A stretch of DNA of 64,000 nt from Candidatus Kapaibacterium sp. (GTDB lineage Bacteria; Bacteroidota; Ignavibacteria; Kapaibacteriales; NICIL-2): positions 124,062-188,061 of the forward strand of contig JBBATK010000003.1 in NCBI GenBank assembly GCA_040398805.1, given 5' to 3'. This document shows positions 50,221-58,414 of the stretch, one piece after another (within the stretch, counting starts at the first letter, position 1; every line of letters starts with the position of its first letter). Below the pieces are notes generated by a model, which was not told where the DNA came from, made no database searches, and saw only the letters and a list, made by a program, of their open reading frames with translations. The position numbers were made by a program, and so were the translations under genes.

Positions 50221-51147
50221 TTACAAGCGCAGGCCGTACCACACGACGGATGGCAGGAGTCGCACGCACGGTGCAGGCAGCTTCACGAAATTCACCACCT
50301 TCTTCAAGTACCGCATCCAGGGCTCGTCGCCCGGCAGTGCCTCGATGTTGTAATCGAGCGACAGCCAGAGTTCGTGGTATCCGTTATACGTGTAGCGGGA
50401 GGGACGATCGACGATGTCCTTGACGGAGTGACCGATGGCGATGTTGATGTACGGCGTCCAGTACCGCTGCAGCTCTTTCCCCAATGCCTCGTACACATTG
50501 ATGCTCAGCCAGTGATACTCGCTCTCGTAGTCGTTGAAGATCGATTCGTAGTAACCGCCGGCTTTGATTTTCGCGGACGGGTTCACGGAGAACTTCGGCC
50601 GGAACGAGCGGGTCCACGGAACGTAGTGATGCATCACCGGTACCAAGGCACCGAAGGTGTTCGCAGCCATGTCGCCCCAACTGAATCCCAGGTAGGGTGC
50701 GAAGACTCCGTACTTGCCGACGGAGTATCCGTCCCGCACTTCGATGATCGTCTGGTGAGCCAGGGAGAAGGCGGCGGCAGACCATAAGGCCGTCGTCGTA
50801 TCCACGCCGCTCCACAGCAATCCCTCGTGCATCGTGGTACAAAGGACGTAGCCCGCCATGGCATGACCGAATTTGTCGGCCCCGTGCGCATACTGCCAAT
50901 CATCATGGACATTCGTGTAAAAGGAGGGCGCGGGATCGGACCAATACATGGATGCCTGCTTCACCTGCGACGCGAGCAGACCGCCGCCGAACACAGCGCA
51001 GAAACCCACTGTTCTCCACGGGTCCACGCGTCGCTGCACGGTATCGACAGGCCGCGTGCCGAGGGAATCCGCCGGCTCGGCAGCACACAGCACGGTGGCT
51101 CCGATGCACAACACCGCTATGTAGTCCGCTACTCTCATGCGCATCAC
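50221..51147 (-). CDS. DUF2279/YfiM-like protein
   Basis: GADKFGH, IEVRDG, GFSWGDMAAN, DY...HWLS; 4-nt overlap with the S8 protease gene. Confidence 0.75.
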   Translation of the reverse strand: MMRMRVADYIAVLCIGATVLCAAEPADSLGTRPVDTVQRRVDPWRTVGFCAVFGGGLLASQVKQASMYWSDPAPSFYTNVHDDWQYAHGADKFGHAMAGYVLCTTMHEGLLWSGVDTTTALWSAAAFSLAHQTIIEVRDGYSVGKYGVFAPYLGFSWGDMAANTFGALVPVMHHYVPWTRSFRPKFSVNPSAKIKAGGYYESIFNDYESEYHWLSINVYEALGKELQRYWTPYINIAIGHSVKDIVDRPSRYTYNGYHELWLSLDYNIEALPGDEPWMRYLKKVVNFVKLPAPCVRLLPSVVWYGLRL

Positions 51148-54100
51148 GGCTCGATGATGAAGGTGCGTTTATCCGACACGGAACCGTCTGCATACACCAC
51201 TGCGTAGAGATACACGCCGGCATGAATACGTCCACCGTCGAGCGTGCCGAAGTCCCACCGCACCCCTCCGTCGTCATCGCGAGCAGTCACCGAGGCGATC
51301 TCCGCACCGTCCGCGGAGAGGACGATCACGCGCGCCCCGCGCGGAACTCCGGCGAAACGCACGTCATCCGATGCGGAAAGCTTGCATGGCTGAGGAAAGG
51401 CGAAAACGGAGGAAGCTTCGTCCGCAGGAAACACCCAACTGATGGTATTCCCCGCACCGGCTGTCAGCATGCGACCGCTCACCGCTTCGATCATCCCGCG
51501 AGCTGTGATGGTGTACACGAAACCACGCGCACCAAGCGGCTTGTCCGGAGCGAAGTCGAACACCACCCTGCGCCGTGACGCGTCGGCAAAGCGCACCGAC
51601 AGAAGTTCCGTTTGTTCCGGAGCGACATACGAGGCGGGATCGAGAGCGGCCGCGGTGACCTCCTCGCTCCACTCCGCCGTCACCGATACCGGTGACAGGG
51701 ATACGACCCGGGTGAAATGAAGATCGCAACACGTGCCCGTGTCTGCACGGACGATGGTGACGACCGAGCCGCGAACGGCGGGATAGGCGTTGGTGGCATA
51801 CTCGCTCCGTATCTCGGTGGACAAGGTGTCCGCAGCGGATGTCATGCCGCGTACGCGCAAGGCCACGAGCGAGTCCGTCAACACCACGGCACTGATCACG
51901 CTCAGCGCTGTGCCGTTCGCGCGCTGCACGATGAACGAGCCCGCATGAAGGTCTGCGTGCAGGACGGAGGCGGAGAAGGCGCAGAGGAGCACATCGCGGG
52001 AGGAGGCATCGACGCCGGCCGAGAGCAGACGCACGTCCGGTGCGGCGTTGATCACGCGCAGGCGGCTTGTGGCGGTGGACAAGGTGTCGGTAAGCGTCCG
52101 CATGCTGGTCACGGTGAATTCCGCGCGCTCTCCGGCGAAGAGACTCACACCGAAACGCGGCTGAGAAGTGATGCTGACGGTGCGGCGCTCGCTGCCACCG
52201 GCGGACACGACACGAAGACGGACGAGATAGGAGGCAGCATCGCGCACGGGAATCCATGAGCATTGAAGGGAGTCGAAGACCACGCGACGCACGCGGAAGT
52301 CCGACGGAGCAGGTGGAACACCTGCGGCGCTCCACTCCCACCATTCGGCGCGCGCCGACGTTTGTGATGTGAACACCAGTTCCTTCCGTCCGTTCCCATC
52401 CATATCCGTGATCATCGCGGAGTTCGACCATGCACCATCCTTGAACCACAACGGTCGCACACGACGGCTTGCTTTGTCGAAATGAAAGACATACACGTTC
52501 GGGAACAGGGAGAGGACGAACTCGTCTCCGGGTGTCGCATCGAGCGGACCTGCCGCCACGCCGTTGTAATACGGACGTCCGTACCGCACACCGTAAAACC
52601 TTTCCCGCCACACCTCGCGATACCCGACTGCGGAGTCGTATGCTACCAACCGGAAGGTCCATACCGACGGCTGTGGATCACCGTCCTCGGTGCGTCGCGT
52701 GGACGCCGGATAGCCGCTGAGTATCTCCTTCCGCCCATCGCCATCCATGTCCACTTCCGTCGTGAACTCCGTACCTGCATCGGCGTCGGCTTCGTTCTCG
52801 AGGACGGCCGCGGTTCTCAATGCGGAACCGTCCCACGCGCACACGTGGATGTCTCCGTCACTGTCGGTATAGGCAAGGTCCATGCGACCGTCGCCATCGA
52901 AATCGCCGACAGCGCCGCCGGGCGAGGAGAAGGTATTCGTCGATTTGTCGGAAGCCGGTCGCGAGGTAGGTACATGCTCTGCTATCTTGACGTAGGAACC
53001 ATGCACGTTGGACCAAACCTCCATGGCATCGCTGGTGGAACGGAGCACTCCGCCGGAGTCGCGGACGGTGCGTCCGGTACGATATGCCACGATGTCCGAC
53101 CTTCCATCGCCATTGATGTCTGCGAATCGCGAAGCCCACATCGTCCGTGAACTCGTATCGGCGAACAGGGTCGACCCGAAACGCCCGTCCGCCGTCAGCG
53201 CCAGAACGCGCGTCTCACCACCGGAATACGTGAGCACTTCTTGCGCCTTGTCTCCATCGCTGTCGCCGATGCCGCGGCTGAACCAGGGCACGGACAGCGA
53301 GTCGCGAACACTCACCTGTCCACCGTTCCGCACATATGACCGAAGAGTCCGCGATGGAGTCGAGACATCCGTTGCGATGAACGCCCGCTCGGAGGCGAGG
53401 ACGGATTGAGGATTGAGGAACAGGCGCGGCGCCTGCCATTCACGACGTTGCAACAACGTATCGGGAACCGACTCTTCATGGTCCTGAATGCCGATCCACC
53501 GTCCCGTGGTGTCGCCGTTCGCGTCGGTCACGGTGACATGGACACGCGCGGATGAATCCGTCACGCCGGTCAGGTCTATCAACACATAGTGAAGCCTTCC
53601 TACATACCGGTCCGCTGCGGAGCGCGTAACGGACGATGCGACCAATTCCGCCGTGGCGGTCACGGGTCGGTCGGTCGTGATCCGCACACCCACATGCCGA
53701 ACAGCCTGAACCCATATCGGTTCCGTGCGCACATCGAGGATGCGCAGAGCCGACGGAACGACATGAAAGCGCGTGCTGCGATGGATCTCCCGACCATTCG
53801 CCAACCGCACGCGAAGACGGACCGTATAGGTGGTATCTCGCACCAATTGCGTGGTCAGCCTGCCGATGAGTCGGGGCTGAATGACGGCTTCCTGACCACT
53901 TGCCACCGCCGTCCACGTCGTCGCGTTCATGCCCTCTCCCACCTCGAGAGTCCATTCCTTCAAGAGCGGATCCGACACTGATGCCACGACCTCCACGGCG
54001 GAAACGGAACCGCGTGGTATGACGGCATCAAGATCGGGTCGCGTGATGAAGCATATCCCCTCTCCGTCGGACTCCAGGGCTTTGCGTATGTCCATTCTCC

Positions 54101-55409
54101 CTGCTCCCGTGGTTCTCGACCAGCGGGAGGTATCGATGGGTGCGGCATTCCGTTCGAGGAGCTGTCGAATCCCGGCGGGACTGAGTCCGGGATATGCCTG
54201 CACCAGCAACGCAGCGGCCGATGCAGCCATCGGTGCAGAGAACGACGTGCCGCTGACACTTGCGTATCCACCGCCTGCTTCCGTTGTCTGAATGCCCTGG
54301 CCGGGCGCTGACAACGAGAGCTGGGAGTTGTAGGAACTGAAGATGGCCCGCGTGTCCCAGGTGCTCGTCGCTCCTACGCTCATCACCCAAGGGAAGTCCG
54401 AAGGATAATGCACACCGGAGCCGCCGGAGTTGCCGGACGAGGCAACAACGAGGATTCCGCGTTCAAAGAGGTATCGGGATGCGTCGCGCAGCATCGCCGA
54501 GAACACATCGTCGCCGAAGCTGCAGTTGATGATGCGCGCTCCGTTCTCCGCGGCGTAGAGCATCGCCGATGCGATGTCGTCTTCCTCTGCATTCCCTGAA
54601 ACATCGAAGGCACGTAACGTCATCAACCGTGCATCGTAGGCAAGACCGCTCACTCCCGAGCCGTTATCATGAGCTGCAGCGATCACACCGGCCACGTTCG
54701 TGCCGTGTCCGCCCTCGTCATAAGGGAACGGATCGCGGATCGTCCAATCGCCAAGGTTCTCGAGGCGCTGATCGACGAAGTTGTATCCGATCACATCGTC
54801 GGCGAAGCCGTTCCCGTCGTTATCCTCGCCATCAAGGTCGCCCGCCACCCCGTTCCGCGTCTCGCTCACAGGCCACGGCTCGAATCGTCGGTTCCCGTTA
54901 CGGTCTTCCGCGGCATTCGTCCATAGTTGCGTTTGCAGGTCCTCGTGATCCCAATCGATTCCCGTGTCGATGACGCCGACAACGACACCCTTGCCTGTGA
55001 CACGCCGCCACACTTCATCGGCTTGCAACACCGTCAACGCCCATTGGGCATCCCGGAGCGAGTCTCGACGCACCACCCGGTCAAGCGACAGCTTCAGCGC
55101 CGGTCCTGAGGAAACGATGTCGTACCGAAGACGCCACGCTGCCAGCAGTCGTCCGTATTCCTCATCGACATCGCAACGGACGACGCACCACGATTGTACT
55201 TCGCGAAGGGATGAACGCGCACTCTCGCTCAAGGAAAGGAACTGCGCGGGCGCGGAAGGGCTGAGCATCCTCGCCGACGGGTTCTCCGAGGCGAAACGAC
55301 GGGCGACGTCCGGCGAGGAGAATTTCACGCAGACGTCTCCCGGAGCGGACCGGGCAACGGTCCATAGGAACGGAATCATCAGCAGCATGCACATGCTCGA
55401 TCTCGTCAT
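51144..55409 (-). CDS. Secreted S8 (subtilisin-like) serine protease with FG-GAP/VCBS repeats and a T9SS-like C-terminal domain
   Basis: Catalytic IDTG, HGTNVAG, SSGN, SGTSFSAP; about six DxDGDG-like repeats; C-terminal VFAFPQP...WD...GVYLY...TFII. Confidence 0.88.
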   Translation of the reverse strand: MTRSSMCMLLMIPFLWTVARSAPGDVCVKFSSPDVARRFASENPSARMLSPSAPAQFLSLSESARSSLREVQSWCVVRCDVDEEYGRLLAAWRLRYDIVSSGPALKLSLDRVVRRDSLRDAQWALTVLQADEVWRRVTGKGVVVGVIDTGIDWDHEDLQTQLWTNAAEDRNGNRRFEPWPVSETRNGVAGDLDGEDNDGNGFADDVIGYNFVDQRLENLGDWTIRDPFPYDEGGHGTNVAGVIAAAHDNGSGVSGLAYDARLMTLRAFDVSGNAEEDDIASAMLYAAENGARIINCSFGDDVFSAMLRDASRYLFERGILVVASSGNSGGSGVHYPSDFPWVMSVGATSTWDTRAIFSSYNSQLSLSAPGQGIQTTEAGGGYASVSGTSFSAPMAASAAALLVQAYPGLSPAGIRQLLERNAAPIDTSRWSRTTGAGRMDIRKALESDGEGICFITRPDLDAVIPRGSVSAVEVVASVSDPLLKEWTLEVGEGMNATTWTAVASGQEAVIQPRLIGRLTTQLVRDTTYTVRLRVRLANGREIHRSTRFHVVPSALRILDVRTEPIWVQAVRHVGVRITTDRPVTATAELVASSVTRSAADRYVGRLHYVLIDLTGVTDSSARVHVTVTDANGDTTGRWIGIQDHEESVPDTLLQRREWQAPRLFLNPQSVLASERAFIATDVSTPSRTLRSYVRNGGQVSVRDSLSVPWFSRGIGDSDGDKAQEVLTYSGGETRVLALTADGRFGSTLFADTSSRTMWASRFADINGDGRSDIVAYRTGRTVRDSGGVLRSTSDAMEVWSNVHGSYVKIAEHVPTSRPASDKSTNTFSSPGGAVGDFDGDGRMDLAYTDSDGDIHVCAWDGSALRTAAVLENEADADAGTEFTTEVDMDGDGRKEILSGYPASTRRTEDGDPQPSVWTFRLVAYDSAVGYREVWRERFYGVRYGRPYYNGVAAGPLDATPGDEFVLSLFPNVYVFHFDKASRRVRPLWFKDGAWSNSAMITDMDGNGRKELVFTSQTSARAEWWEWSAAGVPPAPSDFRVRRVVFDSLQCSWIPVRDAASYLVRLRVVSAGGSERRTVSITSQPRFGVSLFAGERAEFTVTSMRTLTDTLSTATSRLRVINAAPDVRLLSAGVDASSRDVLLCAFSASVLHADLHAGSFIVQRANGTALSVISAVVLTDSLVALRVRGMTSAADTLSTEIRSEYATNAYPAVRGSVVTIVRADTGTCCDLHFTRVVSLSPVSVTAEWSEEVTAAALDPASYVAPEQTELLSVRFADASRRRVVFDFAPDKPLGARGFVYTITARGMIEAVSGRMLTAGAGNTISWVFPADEASSVFAFPQPCKLSASDDVRFAGVPRGARVIVLSADGAEIASVTARDDDGGVRWDFGTLDGGRIHAGVYLYAVVYADGSVSDKRTFIIEP

Positions 55410-55556
55410 CGTCTCTTCGGCGTATGCTCGCCATCACTGGAACAGATATGCCGCAATATGAGGGTTTTTCCGCTCCCCGAAGGACATGTCCGTCCATACC
55501 GGCATTCGGTGGTGAAATGTACTTCCGATGCACATTCCGTTAAATTTTATGAACAA

Positions 55557-55626
55557 TACGAAAAGTGCTTTTTCGTAATTCCCGACGGTCGTAAATTTGG
55601 AAACTCAGTTAACCAAAATAGTTTCC
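55557..55626 (+). promoter_or_regulatory. Promoter (-7 box TAAATTTG at 55592-55599) flanked by two inverted repeats (candidate repressor operators)
   Basis: TACGAAAA-N5-TTTTCGTA (55557-55577) and GGAAACT-N14-AGTTTCC (55599-55626). Confidence 0.6.
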
Positions 55627-55860
55627 TGAGTGTCTCTTGACAACCTAACGTCTTCGTGCCACCGGTCCGGCGAAGGGATACACCATCCCGTGGTCGCCGA
55701 ACCAGAGGTATCGGAGAAAAAAGAACCGAAGGGAGAGAACCTCAACTCAGCACTCCCTCAGGACGGCTCCTCACCATAACCACCACAACGAGGATGTCTC
55801 CCTTCGGTTCCCGTTTCAGGAATCACGCTCTGCCATGTCAGAGCGATACTTTGCGCAAAG
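55623..55860 (+). ncRNA. Candidate structured leader or ncRNA upstream of the efflux operon
   Basis: Perfect 14-bp stem 55723-55736/55797-55810, closing stem TTCCTGA/TCAGGAA, further hairpins at 55669-55698 and 55826-55845. Confidence 0.45.
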
Positions 55861-55896
55861 GCGAAGCCCATGTTTTCCACCTTTCTCGGTACCGGC

Positions 55897-57204
55897 ATGA
55901 AACGTCTCGTCCTGTTCTTCTTCCTTGCGGCGATGAGCGCCCATGCTCAACGAGCGGTGCTGTCGGTTGACGAGGCCGTCGCCAAAGCCATCTCTGCTAG
56001 CCGCAGTTTGAAGATCGCGCACAGCAAAGTTTCGCAAGCGGAAGCGCGGGAAGACGAAGCTCAGGCCAACCGGTTGCCATCCGTCCGCTTCCAAGGCACG
56101 TACAACCGACTTAACGATGTCGGACCCGTGCAGTTCGATAATCCCTTCGTCCCGGGCGCCAAGATCGTCCTCTCGGATCCCATCCTCAACAGCTACCAGC
56201 TGAACCTCACTGCTTCCCAAGTCGTGTTCGCGGGCTTCCGATTGGACGCCGCGAAGGATATCGCGAATCTTGCCGTGCAGGCGGCGCGGTTGGACGAACA
56301 GAGCGATGAAGTGTCGGTGCGGTTCGCAGCGACGACGACCTACTGGTCGTTATACAAGCTCATGGAATTCAAGCAGGCGTTGGTGGAGACGGGCAAGCAA
56401 TTGAACGCGCGTGTCGGTGATGCGGAAGTCTTCCTTCGTGCGGGGAATCTTACATCGAACGATGTCTTGAAACTGAAAGTGCAAGCGGCGAACGTGCGTG
56501 CGCAAGAGCTGGACGTGACGCAACAGATAGCATCGGTCATGGTAGCGCTTAACAATCTTCTCGGCCAACCGTTACCGACTGTCATCGAACTCAGATCCAA
56601 GCCGATGTGGACGGAGACGGATGCCGGTTCGGTGCAGGAGGCGATTGCGAAAGCCCGTGAGGAACGGCCCGACGTCCGTGCCACACAGATGCGGGTGCGC
56701 GCGGCCGAGCGTGGTATCGATGCCGCGAACGGCGGATGGTGGCCGCAGGTCGCTGTCACGGCCACCTATCTCTATGCGAACCCTAATCAGCGGATCTTTC
56801 CGAACAGACCGCAATTCGATGCGACATGGGCGGTGGGAGTCTCCGCAGGATGGGACCTATGGAACTGGATGATCCCGGCGCATCAGGCCTCTCAGGCCCG
56901 TGCGCAGGCGGTTCAGTTGCAAGAGTCGCTGGGCATGATGAAGGACGGCATCACGGTGGAAGCGATGCAGAACTATATGGCGCTTGCGCCTGCGCGGGAG
57001 CGCATCTCGGTGGCAGAGCAAGCGGAAGGCCAGGCCAAGGAAAACGCGGCGAACGTCTCGACAAGATTCAGCGCCGGAGCTGCCACGGGGACGGACGTTC
57101 TCGAGGCGCAGTCGTTGTTGCTTCAGGCATCGGTCAACAAGACGACGGCGATTGTCGACTATGAGTTGGCGTGGGCGAAACTGCAGCGGTCGCTTGGCAA
57201 GTGA
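55897..57204 (+). CDS. TolC-family outer membrane efflux protein
   Basis: Signal peptide (AHA-Q), LSVDEAV, RLPSV / WWPQV OEP repeats, DVLEAQ; start may be 55870. Confidence 0.93.
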   Translation: MKRLVLFFFLAAMSAHAQRAVLSVDEAVAKAISASRSLKIAHSKVSQAEAREDEAQANRLPSVRFQGTYNRLNDVGPVQFDNPFVPGAKIVLSDPILNSYQLNLTASQVVFAGFRLDAAKDIANLAVQAARLDEQSDEVSVRFAATTTYWSLYKLMEFKQALVETGKQLNARVGDAEVFLRAGNLTSNDVLKLKVQAANVRAQELDVTQQIASVMVALNNLLGQPLPTVIELRSKPMWTETDAGSVQEAIAKAREERPDVRATQMRVRAAERGIDAANGGWWPQVAVTATYLYANPNQRIFPNRPQFDATWAVGVSAGWDLWNWMIPAHQASQARAQAVQLQESLGMMKDGITVEAMQNYMALAPARERISVAEQAEGQAKENAANVSTRFSAGAATGTDVLEAQSLLLQASVNKTTAIVDYELAWAKLQRSLGK

Positions 57205-57255
57205 CGTTCCTCATCCGAATTCGAATATCATTATCATCTTCCTTTCTTTCCCTGT

Positions 57256-58311
57256 ATGAAAAAAGTCCTTTGGATAGCCGGCGGAGTCCTCGTCGTCATC
57301 GTGATGGTTCTCGTCCTCGTGCGTAACAAGAAGGCGATCGAGGAGAAGAACACGAACAATGTCGTGCAGAAGGTGTTTCCCGTCACCGCCGCGATGGTCC
57401 GCGATACGCAGGTCACCAGCGAGCTCTCCCTTGTCGGTACCATCATGGCGAACAACGAGGTGAATGTGACATCGGAAACGAACGGACGCATCACGAAGTG
57501 CAACATCAGTGTCGGACAATCCGTCAGTGCGGGGTCGGTGCTGTTCGTCGTGGACGATGAACTGCGGCTGTCGCAGATGCGGACGGCTGAGGCGCAGTTC
57601 GACAAAGCCCGGAAGGACAGTTCGCGCAGTGCGATCCTTCTTCGCGAGAAGACCTTGCCACCGGCGCAGTGGGACCAAGTGGAACTCCAGTACCGGATGG
57701 CCGAGCAACAGCTCGTCATGGCCCGCCGCGCCTTCAATGATACACGAATCAAAGCGCCGATCAACGGCATCGTCAGTGCCCGGTATGCGGATGTCGGCGC
57801 TACCGTGAACAACATGCAGAGCGGATCGGTCGTTGCCACCATCGTCGACGTCTCCAGCTTGAAAGTGCGGATCCTCGTGGCAGAGAAGGACGTCGTGCGT
57901 TTGCGGGTCGGCGACCGCGTGCGCGTCACCTCCGAGCTGTATCCCAACGAAGAATTCCAAGGAACCATCGCATCGGTGAGCGAGAAGGGCGACGAAGCCC
58001 ATACCTATGCCGTGGAAGTACGGATGCCCCGAACGACGAAACTCAAACCGGGCATGTTCGCACGCGTCGGCTTCTCTCACCGGGAGCAACGGAGCAGCCT
58101 CGTGATACCACGCGAATCCATCGTGGGTTCGATCAGCGACGCCCGCGTGTTCGTCATCAATGACAACACCGTCCAGCTGCGTCCGGTGGTCCTCGGTGCG
58201 GATATCAACGGTAACCTCGAGGTGCGAAGCGGACTCAAAGCAGGCGAACGCGTCGTGACGTCCGGTTTGAACATGATCAAGGACGGCGCATCGGTCCGCG
58301 TGAGCGAGTGA
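57256..58311 (+). CDS. RND efflux periplasmic adaptor (MFP)
   Basis: N-terminal TM, VGQSVSAGSVL, IKAPINGIV, LKPGMFAR, SGLKAGERVVTSG. Confidence 0.94.
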   Translation: MKKVLWIAGGVLVVIVMVLVLVRNKKAIEEKNTNNVVQKVFPVTAAMVRDTQVTSELSLVGTIMANNEVNVTSETNGRITKCNISVGQSVSAGSVLFVVDDELRLSQMRTAEAQFDKARKDSSRSAILLREKTLPPAQWDQVELQYRMAEQQLVMARRAFNDTRIKAPINGIVSARYADVGATVNNMQSGSVVATIVDVSSLKVRILVAEKDVVRLRVGDRVRVTSELYPNEEFQGTIASVSEKGDEAHTYAVEVRMPRTTKLKPGMFARVGFSHREQRSSLVIPRESIVGSISDARVFVINDNTVQLRPVVLGADINGNLEVRSGLKAGERVVTSGLNMIKDGASVRVSE

Positions 58312-58414
58312 CCATCCGTCGTCGACCGAGCGAACTGACAGGCAATCAAGAACCTTTTATCTCCCTCGTTCCACGGAGGAACGTCGGGACTCTACCGAAT
58401 ACCACCGTCTAGAT

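Noticed and set aside
55723-55810. MITE interpretation of the 14-bp inverted repeat
   Set aside because: No target-site duplication and no second copy seen in the window; kept as an RNA-structure candidate instead.
55656-55970. 104-aa ORF as a leader peptide for the efflux operon
   Set aside because: GTG start without supporting signal, low-complexity Arg/Thr sequence, overlaps tolC out of frame; no support.
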